Source: Flectonema sp. DT1601 (lineage: Eukaryota). From it: a stretch of DNA of 64,000 nucleotides. Below the pieces are notes generated by a model, which worked only from the letters and a program-made list of their open reading frames with translations, was not told the DNA's origin and did no database searches. Where the stretch lies: assembly GCA_964019425.1 (NCBI GenBank), contig OZ025802.1, forward strand, positions 372,001 through 436,000. Reading direction: 5' to 3'. Positions 1-11,027 of the stretch are shown one piece after another. Position numbers and translations under genes: made by a program. How positions within the stretch are numbered: the first letter of the stretch is position 1; each line of letters opens with the position of its first letter.

Positions 1-2417
1 AGCATGAATTCAAGTGTCGCAAGCTGAGTCAGCTCTGATTGTATTCTTCTTTTTGTGAATGGGATCCACTCAGATGTTGGAGAAGTAGTGAGGGAAACCT
101 TTAAAGCAATAATAAACCTGTTGTATAACAGGTTGAGAGATAAGTTTGAAACTCCTCCGAGATCCTTAACACTCTTATGCGCAGTCAAAGACTGTCCCTC
201 TGCAGAACAACCAGAAGGCACTTCTAATAACTCTGAATTAGTTACAATCGTAAAATGAGAACTTGCTCTTCCTAAAGTAGAGCAAGTGCAGTGATGTTGT
301 TTGTCAGGAATACCGAGTACGTCTTTCAATGACTGTGCTATACTATTCTGTTCAGAAATATCTGTGGTGTCATTTATTTCTATCACAATAATAAAAGGTG
401 TCGGGGAGTAAGTAAACGCATTTTGCTTCACAATCGCCAACACATCTCGGAATGGTTCTCCGTTTTCACGGATGTTTTTGTAGAAAGGACCAGGATGGTC
501 TTTTCTTTTCGGACCACCTGCCCTAGCCGATTCACAATCAAATATGTTAGCAGGCTTTTTTCCCGAAGGAAACGATTTTCGATATCCCCCCGCTGATATT
601 TTCCAATTAATCTTACTCCTCTGGCCTACCTTTCCACCACGAGGAGCGAAGTGAATCGCTCTTGGATTGTACTCCTGCAAAACACGTGCAACGCTTTCCG
701 TTGGAGTCAAGACTTTAGTACATCCGTAAGGTAAGAAAGTTGTTTCTATCGTATTTGAGAGAAAGCCGTACGCGGTATTGATCGACGTAGATATGTAAAA
801 ATCTTTTAAAGTTCTATTCCAAGGCAGGGCATTCTTATTATGATCAGCCGTCGTAAAACCTGATCCCCATTCTTTCTCAGCAATACAAAAAGGGTTGAAG
901 GCACTGTTGAGAGATGAATGCATTAAAAAAGTCGTAAATTTTCCCTTCGAAACTTCCGTCTTGTGGTAGTTTAAGATCTCTTCTTGAAATAATAAAATCA
1001 TTTGACTTCGTTTTGCCTTTCCTTGTTTTCGAAGGAACTCTTTTTCTTCTTTGAGGTTTCGAAGTTGTTCTTTTAGTTGCGGGAGATCATTTGAGTACGT
1101 GGAAACCAATCTCTTCTCTTTCGCCTTTAACTTTGCTCTGGCATCACGTTCTTGATCTTGTTGGTAGACGTAGGTATCAAATGCTCCTGTGGTGCCTTCA
1201 CTTTTTAATCTCATCTTAACTCTTCCTTTAGCGAATTCAGCGAATAGTTGATTAACGATGTCGTGATTGCGGAGTTGCCACATTAGTTTTTGTAATTGTA
1301 ATCTGTTCAGTTCAACTGTACCCTCTTCGATGTGTTCTAAGATTGTGGGAACGTCGAGAGTTTTGTACTCCACCTCACTCGATAAGATATCCGCAACTAA
1401 TTTAAAAACACGTTTTTGTCTGATGTTACAAAAAGTTAAGACCGTTGAGAGTTCATCTCGAACGTTTACCTTTCCATCTCCAGACTCGTCAGCGTAGACC
1501 CAAATCTTTTCCAACCAAATAGACATTGGATTTATCTGAGAGCGTTCTGCTGCTGTTGGTAAAACTATAGTACCGTACCCCCCGTATAAGAGACATTTTA
1601 AACCGTTTTGCCATCGGCGACAAACGTGAGAAGCTCTCAACGTGTCATATGTTCCAGGAGTTGTTTCCCATTGAGCTTCTTTAAATGAAAGACGTAGATC
1701 ACTCATTCTGCCAGTAATGAAATCTCTATATTGGATGTGGATGCAGTGACGTGGATCTCTGCCATCTTCAATTGCAAGTTTCCAACAGCTGTCTGATGCG
1801 AATGCCGGATCCCATTTGCTTTGGCTTTTTGGGTTTTTTGGAAGGATGAAAACCCCGTCATCACCGTCTTCAATATCGCTAATAAATAAGGTGCATTTCT
1901 TGATCGGGTCCGGCACTGCTATTTTTCCAACGTCAATAGGCTGGGAAGCGCTCTTGTCATCTCCCCTCTTCTTTTCCTTTTCGGATAGTTTTTTCGAAAG
2001 CTTAGCAGTGTCCGCTTTCATTTTTTGTTTTGCGGAATCGACCCACTTCTTCTGTTGCACATCTCGAAAGTGTAATTTCATAAAGTCGCTGGATAACTGC
2101 AGCCATATTTCTTTTTTTGAATTCTCGCTGTACAGCCACCCCCTAGATCCTTCTATTAGGTTTCCGAGTAGCATTTCCATCTCGTCATCGCGTAGCTTTT
2201 CTTGTTTCATTGCGCGCTCTTCAGGTGTCTCGCTGACGTCTGGAAGCAGTTCAGGATTGATCATGCCCGCCATTCCAGCTAACATTGTTTCCCTAACTGG
2301 CCATTGAATATCAGCTGCTGCACTGGCAATTGATCTGCTCCCATCTTTACTCGTCGCAGTCTTGTGAGTTGTCACAGACATGTGCGACCTGGCTGTTGGA
2401 TATCCCGTTGACGGCAT
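1..2417 (-). CDS. Phosphoinositide phospholipase C-like protein, 5' part (runs off the window edge); probably catalytically impaired
   Basis: Hand translation gives an open frame from ATG 2417 to base 1 (absent from the ORF track because there is no stop). It has an EF-hand-like ADESGDGKVN, X-box motifs RTLKDFYISTSINTAY (cf. PLSHYFISSSHNTY) and PFRDVLAIVKQNAFTYSPTPFIIVIE (cf. FRDVI..IK.YAF..SPYPVILSLE), and a Y-box start IQSELTQL. Confidence 0.75.
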   Translation of the reverse strand, partial: MPSTGYPTARSHMSVTTHKTATSKDGSRSIASAAADIQWPVRETMLAGMAGMINPELLPDVSETPEERAMKQEKLRDDEMEMLLGNLIEGSRGWLYSENSKKEIWLQLSSDFMKLHFRDVQQKKWVDSAKQKMKADTAKLSKKLSEKEKKRGDDKSASQPIDVGKIAVPDPIKKCTLFISDIEDGDDGVFILPKNPKSQSKWDPAFASDSCWKLAIEDGRDPRHCIHIQYRDFITGRMSDLRLSFKEAQWETTPGTYDTLRASHVCRRWQNGLKCLLYGGYGTIVLPTAAERSQINPMSIWLEKIWVYADESGDGKVNVRDELSTVLTFCNIRQKRVFKLVADILSSEVEYKTLDVPTILEHIEEGTVELNRLQLQKLMWQLRNHDIVNQLFAEFAKGRVKMRLKSEGTTGAFDTYVYQQDQERDARAKLKAKEKRLVSTYSNDLPQLKEQLRNLKEEKEFLRKQGKAKRSQMILLFQEEILNYHKTEVSKGKFTTFLMHSSLNSAFNPFCIAEKEWGSGFTTADHNKNALPWNRTLKDFYISTSINTAYGFLSNTIETTFLPYGCTKVLTPTESVARVLQEYNPRAIHFAPRGGKVGQRSKINWKISAGGYRKSFPSGKKPANIFDCESARAGGPKRKDHPGPFYKNIRENGEPFRDVLAIVKQNAFTYSPTPFIIVIEINDTTDISEQNSIAQSLKDVLGIPDKQHHCTCSTLGRASSHFTIVTNSELLEVPSGCSAEGQSLTAHKSVKDLGGVSNLSLNLLYNRFIIALKVSLTTSPTSEWIPFTKRRIQSELTQLATLEFM

Positions 2418-3058
2418 TTGTTACTATTGTAGTGTTTTCATATGTCTTATGAAGGTGTTAAAGTTAGCAATTCCTCTGCGTGTGGTAAACGAACTGCCGC
2501 GTAAATTAATAAACACAACAACTCTCATTCTTATAAAAAGAGCAACACAACAACCATCACACTCACTGCTGTGATCATATTTTAGTGTTGCTGTCTAAAA
2601 GGAACATAAACTGAGTTACGTACTTTAAAAATTCATTCCAATCAGCTTTCTATAAACGGAGGTAACTATGAGGGTGAGGAGTCAGTCAGAATCTATATTC
2701 TATGCTACTTGGAGTACAGGTAGGCGCTTTTCTTTCTTTCTTTCCGCAGTCTAGTTTTTTTTAATTTTTTTTTTATTCATCGGCCACACGCCGGATAATT
2801 TACTACCACGGAAGTAAATGGTGTACTTTTCTTATTTTCTTTTCACAAATAAATATCTACTTTAGTATGTTAAGTTGTTCCCTAAAAAGAACAGCGGAGG
2901 GAGGGAGGAATGATTATTCCAAAGAGTCGGTTGGAGAACTGATTTATTATTTCTACGATGCTTCTTTTATGAGAAGATATTTCTATTTCTATGACCTCAC
3001 AACATGTTATTGTTTAAAGGTAAACTAATGACGCTACTTGAACAAACCGTCGACTAAA

Positions 3059-6000
3059 CTAAAAGTGAAGGAGGGAATTCTCCGTCGTAGCTGAGTCAAC
3101 ACCAATCGAGATATCAGTCGTTGGAGAGAACGAATCGTCATCAGGTTCTGACAAGAATGGAGCATGAAGCCTCCCAGCCAGGCCATTACTGACCGACGAT
3201 TCTGACGACGATGATTTCGAATGTGATTCACTGCGTCTGTCCCCCAAACTTGACAAGCTTGAAACACAGAGCGCCGAGGTATCAGCAGCACCAGAACGAT
3301 CGCAATCTCGAAGAAACTCCCGCGCTTTTTGCTCAGTTCCTTGGAAAAGCCTCCCCGACTCAACTCGTGCTTTAGATGTTCTCTCCTGATGAAGTTGAAA
3401 TTGGATGTCGGGATCAAATTTCTCATTAGCGGATTCAGATCCCGAAACGGTTGTTGTCGGTGCTGTGGTTGGCGCGTCAATGTACGAACTCAGTAACGGT
3501 TGTGATGTTTTTATAGCATTCCTAGCAGCTTGATAATTGGACTCAACTTCCCTGTCAACCAACTTGCTAAGAAGAAACACCGCTGGATCAACACTTCCCT
3601 TTGGATTGACCTGGTCTCGAGGTGGTGACTCTCCAATACTAACGGGAATGGGATTCCTTCGCGGGGAAGGCCGGGAAGGGATCTCTGCGGCATTTTCTTC
3701 TTTTGCATCACCGATGCTGTGTTCTGGAAGTACATTTTGGGTTTCAGGAGGCGATGTTTGTCTCTCTGGTGTTGGAAGAGGTGCCTTTAACTCTGGTGCT
3801 GGTGTACTGCCACACGAATCCCTCGTAGAAGTGGTAATGGTGTCTGTGAGTATGTCAGAAGTAGTTGGTATGATATTTGTCATCGTAGCCTTTTCAGCCT
3901 GCGCAATCGTCGAAGGCAGGATGCGGTCTGCGTCTTTATGAGGTTGAACTTCCGCTGTGCCTTTATCTGTGTGCCTAGAACCTTTTCTTATTATGTCCGT
4001 GTACCTATCATCAAATACTGGAAACCCATCTGTAGACATGCAACGCATTGCCAGATCGTACTGACGCTGAGCACGTTCCTCAATTTGTACTAAGAGTTCT
4101 TCTGTGGTTAGCTCATCGGTAGCTGAAGTGACAGCTTTATCAAAGTCATTTAATCCTGTTTGAAGCCTACCAATGGTTTCGCACCGACGAGTTGCTGCTG
4201 CCTCTTGCTCCGCTAAAGCAGTTTTTTGCGCCAAAGCTGCTTTTCGGAGTCTGATTTTGATGTTTTCTGCCACAATTTTCTCTTTGCTGGCTGAGATTTC
4301 TTGGTACCTTCTGGCTTCTTCATCGATCCCTTGCTTAGCGGCCTCATTTCGGTGCTGTAACTCCAGAATGCGCCGTTCGTGTCGTTTTTCCGATTCCTCG
4401 ATACTCTTTTGAACAGCGACGTTATTTTCTTGAACCTGAAGCATCCTCGCTTCCTGGTCTATGATTGCATTTCTTTCAAGTACAGCAGCATTAAGCTTTG
4501 CTTCAGGGTACTCTGTTATAATAGGATAAGGAGAATCTGTATCTAAAGGAACATAAACAGTGTAATGAAGTGCATTCACCTCTTCCGGTATCAACGTGAT
4601 ATCGACTGCCCTGTGGAAGGCATACGCACGTTGGATTACAACATTCAAATCGATTGGGTTGTTAGTAGAGAATAGCTTCTTAAAGAAATTATCACATGGG
4701 GACTTAGTTGAGTTTATAACATCTTTCACACACTCTAAGTACGCACAATGGAAAGCAAAAAGCCAAAGTGGTTGATTGCTGAAGACGTGGTCCATTAGCT
4801 GAAGCCACTCGCACTTACTGAGAAGCTCAGTGAACAAAGTAACCATTGGTCCCCAAGCATACATCTCAACACTGCAGTTGTTACTCTGAAGAGTCTCCAG
4901 GGTATCTGGTGATAATTGTTCTAATAAAGAATTCAACAACAACACTGCTTTGAATGAGTAATGAGGATAGTCTGACAGGTAGTACCTCCCCCAATTCATT
5001 AGGTACGTAAGTGTGCACTCAAAAGAAGACTTCACATTATTACAAAACGCCTTTGTGATTGGAAACACTAACTCCGGTAACCACAAAGCCATCGACAATA
5101 CTGGACAGTGATGGACGAGACACTCAATTACTTTTTCCATCGCCTGGTTAAGTTTAGCGCAACTCAACGGATACGCTTTTAGCATCTTTTTAACTACCGC
5201 ATTAGGACCTTTGTTGAGTAGAACAGTGAAGCACCTGTCTGTGGTGCGGTTGGGTGCAATATGAAGTTGGAATAGCCAAATCAAATTCCGATATTTCTCA
5301 GGATATTGACCAAACGATAATAACATCCTCTTCAACTTTGCCGTATTGAGACTGATGGCTTTGGTGTCCAAGTTTACCTGAATCTTTAGGTCTTGTTCAG
5401 CAACCTTGTCAGTGTTAGTGAGATTCTTAAATAAAACTCTTCGGTTATTCTTCTTCACGACACTCTTTGATAGTGACGCAGACTCTGCTTCTTTGCCACT
5501 CTTAGTGCCGCGTTTTGACTGCCGCAGAGCGTTATTTCTAATATTAATATCTGTCTGGTAAAGGAGACCCAGACCAGCTTCTGGATTGTGATGTCTCGCA
5601 GCTATCGGTCGAGGTCTGGAATTGACAGCTGAGGTGCGAAGATCAGATTTCATCCACTGATCCTTTGGGGGAATCGATGAAGCCAACGGGATCGGATGCA
5701 TAACTTTTAATTTTTTGCTCTTAGCTGTAGTACTTGTTGACCGATTTCCTAATTTAGGAGCGATAAACCCTGGCACTGATAAACCTCCAAAATATGATCC
5801 AACTGAAGTAGCTTCACTTGACGGAGTTAGTTCTGATGCTCTGACGGAACTAAATACTCTCGCAGTTGGTAAATGAATTATCTGTAACTGCGTACCAGAG
5901 ATCGCGGCCATGTATTGATCGTCTAACAACTTAATACTGTCGACTGGAAAGCCAGGTTTCGTAATGGTACTAACAAGTAAAGGATCACCAGTTCTTAATA

Positions 6001-6910
6001 CATCCAACAGGTATATCGATCCATCAGTACCCACCACTGCTAGTAGAGGGTCAGGTTGTTCTGCTGTTCTAATAAATTCTAATTGCACTACTCCCGGAAG
6101 ATGTGATTGACCGACTGAGTCAACAATCCTCCACAAAGACAATAATGATATTCCGTAAATAGCAATCCCAGGTGATCCACTCCCACCTGCTGCAACGTGA
6201 GATCCACAAGGAGTAACTGCCATGCATGTTAAAGTATGAACCTTAGAATTATGAACACCGTCACTAGGTACAGACATTTCTTTGATAAGGTTCGGACCCG
6301 CTAAATCCCAAACACAAACAGCTTCCGAATGACAGGTAATGAGATGTGATGTGGTCAAGTTCACTGAAATTGCTGGCAATTCAGAAGACTTTAATGAGTA
6401 ACGGACTTCAAATCGACTATTCTTAACTCCTCCTGGAGTGTAAGGAGTAGACCAGACGCTAATACAATCTGCTGATGACGATGCCAACATGGATTGGTGT
6501 GACTCTGAAAAAGCCAACTTTTGTACTCGAGATGGATGCCCTCTTAAAGTATAAAGTATATTTCCTGGTTTATCTGTTGATAGCACAACAATAGTACGAT
6601 TCGATAACGCGGCGATTATCTCACCACGTTTCGCGGTACTGAAGACGATGTCCAGCACTTCATAACCAACCCTTGCTATAAGTGAGTATCGATTTCCTTT
6701 CATATTTAACACAAAAACATTTCCTCTTCCATCTGCTACTGCTAACCTCCCCCTCTCAATGGGATCCCAAGCGCAGCATTTTATTAAAACCCTGGCCCCG
6801 TCATGTGAGAAGCCAACGATGGCACCATCGTGTTGTATCACCGGACACTTGCCCCATAAGCTTCCTCCCTGACTGTGGTTATTAACCACAACCTTTGATG
6901 CGACGGGCAT
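3059..6910 (-). CDS. TBC1D31: TBC1D31/WDR67-like WD40 + TBC domain + coiled-coil protein
   Basis: N-terminus GGSLWGKCP...DGAIVGFSH...ADGRGNVFVLNMKGNRYSL resembles TBC1D31, followed by WD40 repeats, TBC region LLSFGQYPEKYRNLIW...EWLQLMDHVFSNQP and a coiled coil. Start taken at MPVASK (6910) rather than the ORF-track start 7042. Confidence 0.85.
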   Translation of the reverse strand: MPVASKVVVNNHSQGGSLWGKCPVIQHDGAIVGFSHDGARVLIKCCAWDPIERGRLAVADGRGNVFVLNMKGNRYSLIARVGYEVLDIVFSTAKRGEIIAALSNRTIVVLSTDKPGNILYTLRGHPSRVQKLAFSESHQSMLASSSADCISVWSTPYTPGGVKNSRFEVRYSLKSSELPAISVNLTTSHLITCHSEAVCVWDLAGPNLIKEMSVPSDGVHNSKVHTLTCMAVTPCGSHVAAGGSGSPGIAIYGISLLSLWRIVDSVGQSHLPGVVQLEFIRTAEQPDPLLAVVGTDGSIYLLDVLRTGDPLLVSTITKPGFPVDSIKLLDDQYMAAISGTQLQIIHLPTARVFSSVRASELTPSSEATSVGSYFGGLSVPGFIAPKLGNRSTSTTAKSKKLKVMHPIPLASSIPPKDQWMKSDLRTSAVNSRPRPIAARHHNPEAGLGLLYQTDINIRNNALRQSKRGTKSGKEAESASLSKSVVKKNNRRVLFKNLTNTDKVAEQDLKIQVNLDTKAISLNTAKLKRMLLSFGQYPEKYRNLIWLFQLHIAPNRTTDRCFTVLLNKGPNAVVKKMLKAYPLSCAKLNQAMEKVIECLVHHCPVLSMALWLPELVFPITKAFCNNVKSSFECTLTYLMNWGRYYLSDYPHYSFKAVLLLNSLLEQLSPDTLETLQSNNCSVEMYAWGPMVTLFTELLSKCEWLQLMDHVFSNQPLWLFAFHCAYLECVKDVINSTKSPCDNFFKKLFSTNNPIDLNVVIQRAYAFHRAVDITLIPEEVNALHYTVYVPLDTDSPYPIITEYPEAKLNAAVLERNAIIDQEARMLQVQENNVAVQKSIEESEKRHERRILELQHRNEAAKQGIDEEARRYQEISASKEKIVAENIKIRLRKAALAQKTALAEQEAAATRRCETIGRLQTGLNDFDKAVTSATDELTTEELLVQIEERAQRQYDLAMRCMSTDGFPVFDDRYTDIIRKGSRHTDKGTAEVQPHKDADRILPSTIAQAEKATMTNIIPTTSDILTDTITTSTRDSCGSTPAPELKAPLPTPERQTSPPETQNVLPEHSIGDAKEENAAEIPSRPSPRRNPIPVSIGESPPRDQVNPKGSVDPAVFLLSKLVDREVESNYQAARNAIKTSQPLLSSYIDAPTTAPTTTVSGSESANEKFDPDIQFQLHQERTSKARVESGRLFQGTEQKAREFLRDCDRSGAADTSALCVSSLSSLGDRRSESHSKSSSSESSVSNGLAGRLHAPFLSEPDDDSFSPTTDISIGVDSATTENSLLHF

Positions 6911-7355
6911 ATGTGGTATCTGACGAGAAAAGTATAAATCACCGTAAGCTGATATTCCGTAAAAAGGGTCAGTCCAAACTAACCAACGAGAACTGGACTG
7001 AAACAAAGTTCTTAGAATTACTTTAAGAGAGAGGAAGAACATTTCAAGTAGTTCAGACTACGACTTGGTTAGAGTTCTGTTTCTTAGCAGTTTGGATGCT
7101 TATTTTTGAAGTATCGGACAGAGTGTGTCTTCATACCGATTCAACTTACTTAGGAGGGGGAGGTTGTGATTAAGTTTTGAAATAAATTAACTGAACAGAA
7201 AAAGTGTGTAAGTGTTACTATCAATATTCTGAATAAAGAATCTCTTCAAGCACAGCCACCGTACTCAAACTAGAAGGGTAGCTACACCAGTACTTCACCT
7301 GATGACATTACAGTCTCAGGAGACTTCATCAAGACTCCAAGTCATGTTTTTAATA

Positions 7356-8024
7356 TTACGGTGTTACAATTCGTAAGGTTTGTGGAGGGGGTACCGGACA
7401 TCTAACAGATCGCTGAGTTGACTTTGAAGGAATTGGAAGCCTCAAACTGTTAGGACGCGATACTCTCCCAGCACTGCTGCTACTTTGGAGGTTTCCATCT
7501 TCAGAAGAAAGACGAGAAAGTGCTCTCTTACTGAGAGTGGTTGTTGCGGAGAATGATGAGGCGGAGACCTTGTCATTGTTGCGCGTCTTTTGTGATTGTC
7601 GAGAACCGATATCTGACGGAAGCTGTGGGAGTGATGAGTTGATTCTGGAACTCACCGTACGGGTTGCACAACTCTCATCGTCTTTGCGGCTACGCTTTCC
7701 TCCTTCCGAGGAATTCTGTGTAACAATCACTCGCAACAGTTTCTTTAATTCTTGCAGCTCAGTCTTCACTTCAGTGCGGTTGACGCGTTCTCTCTCCAAG
7801 TAGTCTTCCAATTTTCCTATTCTGCGAGTTACTTCACCCATCCCATCTCCACTGCGAATAGTGCTGCTGCTTAACTCCGAGTTAGATATCAGTCTCTTGT
7901 ATGTGTTTGGATTGACTCGCTGCTGCTTTTTTTCACGTGCGAACCTCTCTTCTGCCCAAACCCGTTCCTTCCAGGCACCACATTGCTGGACATGCTGACC
8001 TTGACCGAATCTACAGGACGTCAT
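7356..8024 (-). CDS. Hypothetical protein with central coiled coil (222 aa)
   Basis: ATG-started ORF co-oriented with the cluster; heptad-like segment RIGKLEDYLERERVNRTEVKTELQELKKLL. Confidence 0.65.
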   Translation of the reverse strand: MTSCRFGQGQHVQQCGAWKERVWAEERFAREKKQQRVNPNTYKRLISNSELSSSTIRSGDGMGEVTRRIGKLEDYLERERVNRTEVKTELQELKKLLRVIVTQNSSEGGKRSRKDDESCATRTVSSRINSSLPQLPSDIGSRQSQKTRNNDKVSASSFSATTTLSKRALSRLSSEDGNLQSSSSAGRVSRPNSLRLPIPSKSTQRSVRCPVPPPQTLRIVTP

Positions 8025-8494
8025 TATTTAGTGAACTGGTGATAATAAATATGATTGTTACTAAACTGATTCCTTAGCTTTATTTATTGACGGCCCTCAC
8101 TATGGATTCGTAGGACTCGAATGCGGAAGTGCAACAAGTACGCAATGTGACATATGAAAACCAAACTGTTAGCCATCCGTCCACAATCTTCTTTTTTTAT
8201 TCTTCCTTTCCCCCCATTGTTCCTTTTGATACGTTCCCTTCATGAGTCCCAACACGAGATGAGAAAATCAGAAAGCGCTTGAGCACTGATGAGTAAGCAG
8301 TGGTTGGCTCATGTTCTTTCGCAATGCAATAATTATTTATATTACGTTAGTTCCATTCTGTTCTTTTCACTTATCCACAAATCCAAGTTACGGTAATGTA
8401 ACTTGGGCTTTCTTTTTAAAAAAAAATTACTTTTTTTTAGTTAAGAAGAAGTGTTTTAATTCGTTAAGTTAATAAATATGAGTAACGATGCAAA

Positions 8495-8926
8495 TATAGA
8501 GCGCGCTGTCGGTTTACTGAAACGATACTGAGTGGCTCAGTGTGGTCGCACGTTATTCTAATCTAAGACGGTACCTCTTCATTGATTGCTCACCGACAAA
8601 CAGGTTTGTGAGATTAGTAAACCGTTCAAGGGAAGGCTATCCTACCACTTGACAACAAAGAATAGTGTATTCGGGCTACGGCCCATCTTTTTGAACAGCA
8701 CAGCGTCTGCGTGAACACAAATCACGCATAAAATACGCAACAAATGGGTTAGGGACAAGTCGGACGAAACATGGTGTGGGCAAGTGCACTTATTTATTTG
8801 CTTCCGTGCACGCAAATAAAACAAGGTTCAGGAAAGGCCGTTAAATGAGCTGCAAAATAAATTTCAAAAATTACCAGTGGCAGTCAATTCGGTGCAAAAT
8901 GGACGACAAAAATAAAATTATGAAAT
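8495..8926 (-). ncRNA. Candidate structured non-coding RNA (possible telomerase RNA core; template CCCTAACCC at 8746-8754)
   Basis: GC-elevated intergenic island with many inverted repeats, no credible ORF, a telomere-complementary 9-mer, and an upstream pyrimidine tract followed by an ACAAACAG acceptor at ~8927. Strand and identity are uncertain. Confidence 0.3.
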
Positions 8927-9470
8927 CTGTTTGTACAAATCAAGTAACGAAAGAAGACCGGATAAAGGAGGAAAAAGAGAAAAGGAAAACAGCTGCAGCT
9001 CGGCTTACAAAACGAACCCTCCTCTCGAAATGTTATCAACTTCTGAGAAGACACTTTTAGTGCAACAGAACAGAACGTCTCAACTAGTGCATGCAACGCG
9101 AGGGGAATCCTAATAATCTTTTTTGAATTACTTTTTTTTGAACTTTTTTTTTTTGATTTCTTTCAATTAATAGGGAGGGGGAATAGTGAAGGGAGTGGCC
9201 TCGTTCGAAGATATTCCAATACATGGATTGCAAGCGTAAGATTTGCCTGGAGGCCACAGAAAGCTGACTTCATAGTACAGACAAACCAATACTCTTCTTG
9301 CAGCTAATCATTCCACTAACAGTCTGAGTAGATGGAGGAGGAACCTTCTCGGAAGGTTCTCCTGACTAATAATCTGGTTAGAAGTAGAGACCCTTACTCG
9401 GATGGTTACTATTGTGAAATGGTTATCCTAAAGAAAAAGGAAAGAGAAAGTGTAAAATCCGAATAGAATT

Positions 9471-11027
9471 CTACTTGTGAGTACCGTAAGTGGTTGCATT
9501 GCCGCCATTAATTGGAGCGTGACCGTGGCTCTTGACGGCTTCTTCGATCGCAAAGTAGGTATCGTCCCCGCGGAAGTCGCGAGACGCACCATTGCGCTCT
9601 GCGTCTTCCAAGTAGCAAACAACTACCGTGTCAGCAGCCACCTGAACTACGCAGCCGACCAACCAGAATGTGAAACAACAGAAAGCTACCAATACAATCA
9701 TTACTGAAGCACTAATACCACCATGTTTGTTTAAATACATCGCACATGAGAAGGCAACTAAACCAACAGCAGCACACATTCCCATATAAACAACTAAGTG
9801 AGATAACATATCAGTCATCAACATCGTACTTCCTCCTCTTGAGAATAGTGAGCTGACCTTCTTGCAAGAATCAACAAAGTCCTCACCGTGCATTGCAACG
9901 TACACGTATGCGAATCTGGTGACGAATTTGACAAAGGCTTCGATGCATCGGCAGAGACACTGCACGCAGCACAACATTATTTTGACAAAACAGTTGCTGT
10001 TCTCTCTTTGTGCAACATTCAGACACCAATTCACAAATCGAAAAACCGCCAGCAGGGCAGATCCCTTTGCAATGGAACCGAATGAGTATGAGATAGCTCT
10101 GTTAAAGTGAGTCAAGGCAGATCCGCATGGAATCTCATTCTTCACTCTGGCGAAGTACCAAGAAGCGATGCAACCGGCCACTGAGACATGACCAAGTCCA
10201 GAGAGGAACTGAGTAATCCAGAAGAACATAAAGACCATAAAGACTGCTAAGTATCTCACCTTCTTATCAATATTGTGACCTTGACAAACTCCAAGGGCAG
10301 TGTCAAAGTCGCAAAGGATATTTATATTACACTTCTGCTGATCGAGTCCATTACAAACATCATCTCCTTTTGCAGAGAAGATAAAAAACATCGTAGAAGT
10401 CCACCAGACAATCATCCCCGCTGATAGAATAGTCATTAGCGGAGTTACTATTAAAAAGATTGATGGGTTCGCTTGGATCCCCCTACACCCCTGAGCTATG
10501 ATAGCACACGTGAAGTTAATCCTCTTCCTTGCGAAGAAGATTATGATGATCATTATCAACGCCACCAACAGAACAGCACCTCCTCCTACTTGAATCGCAG
10601 TCTTCGTTGCCCCGGACTTATCATTCGCCATGGCTATAAGTTCGATTCCGGTTGCTACAACTGCGCCAACGGCTGCTAGCAGGGAAGTGTAAACAACACA
10701 TTTTGTGAATCTTTTTAGGAATTCCATCCAAATAAAAGCCAACACCATGGTGCTCAAACTTCCAATTAACAAAACGTATTTCTTGTCATACATCACTGAC
10801 CAATCTTTAGTAATGTCATCGTGGTACTTTCCGTTAGTAAGAATCGACATGTCAGCATCTCTGGAAGTTATCACAGTCACGAATCCCATACACGCCAGAC
10901 ATCCGAAGAAGAACAATCCGCAGAACTTGTCACGAAATCTCCTCTCTGATGCCGGTGCAACCCCTTCCCAGGATGCGTCGTAACGGAGAGTGTCGCCGTG
11001 TTCTGTGTAGTAGTTACTTTTAGTCAT
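9471..11027 (-). CDS. Choline transporter-like (CTL/SLC44) family membrane protein
   Basis: About 10 hydrophobic segments; family motifs ERRFRDKFC, VSVAGCIASWYF, YSFGSIAKGS, AYVYVAMHGEDF, DTVVVCYLED. Confidence 0.9.
   Translation of the reverse strand: MTKSNYYTEHGDTLRYDASWEGVAPASERRFRDKFCGLFFFGCLACMGFVTVITSRDADMSILTNGKYHDDITKDWSVMYDKKYVLLIGSLSTMVLAFIWMEFLKRFTKCVVYTSLLAAVGAVVATGIELIAMANDKSGATKTAIQVGGGAVLLVALIMIIIIFFARKRINFTCAIIAQGCRGIQANPSIFLIVTPLMTILSAGMIVWWTSTMFFIFSAKGDDVCNGLDQQKCNINILCDFDTALGVCQGHNIDKKVRYLAVFMVFMFFWITQFLSGLGHVSVAGCIASWYFARVKNEIPCGSALTHFNRAISYSFGSIAKGSALLAVFRFVNWCLNVAQRENSNCFVKIMLCCVQCLCRCIEAFVKFVTRFAYVYVAMHGEDFVDSCKKVSSLFSRGGSTMLMTDMLSHLVVYMGMCAAVGLVAFSCAMYLNKHGGISASVMIVLVAFCCFTFWLVGCVVQVAADTVVVCYLEDAERNGASRDFRGDDTYFAIEEAVKSHGHAPINGGNATTYGTHK

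Noticed and set aside
8280..8775. Hammerhead ribozyme (CTGATGAG at ~8286, GGACGAAAC at ~8762)
   Set aside because: The core halves are ~470 nt apart and no matching stem II or flanking stems were found.
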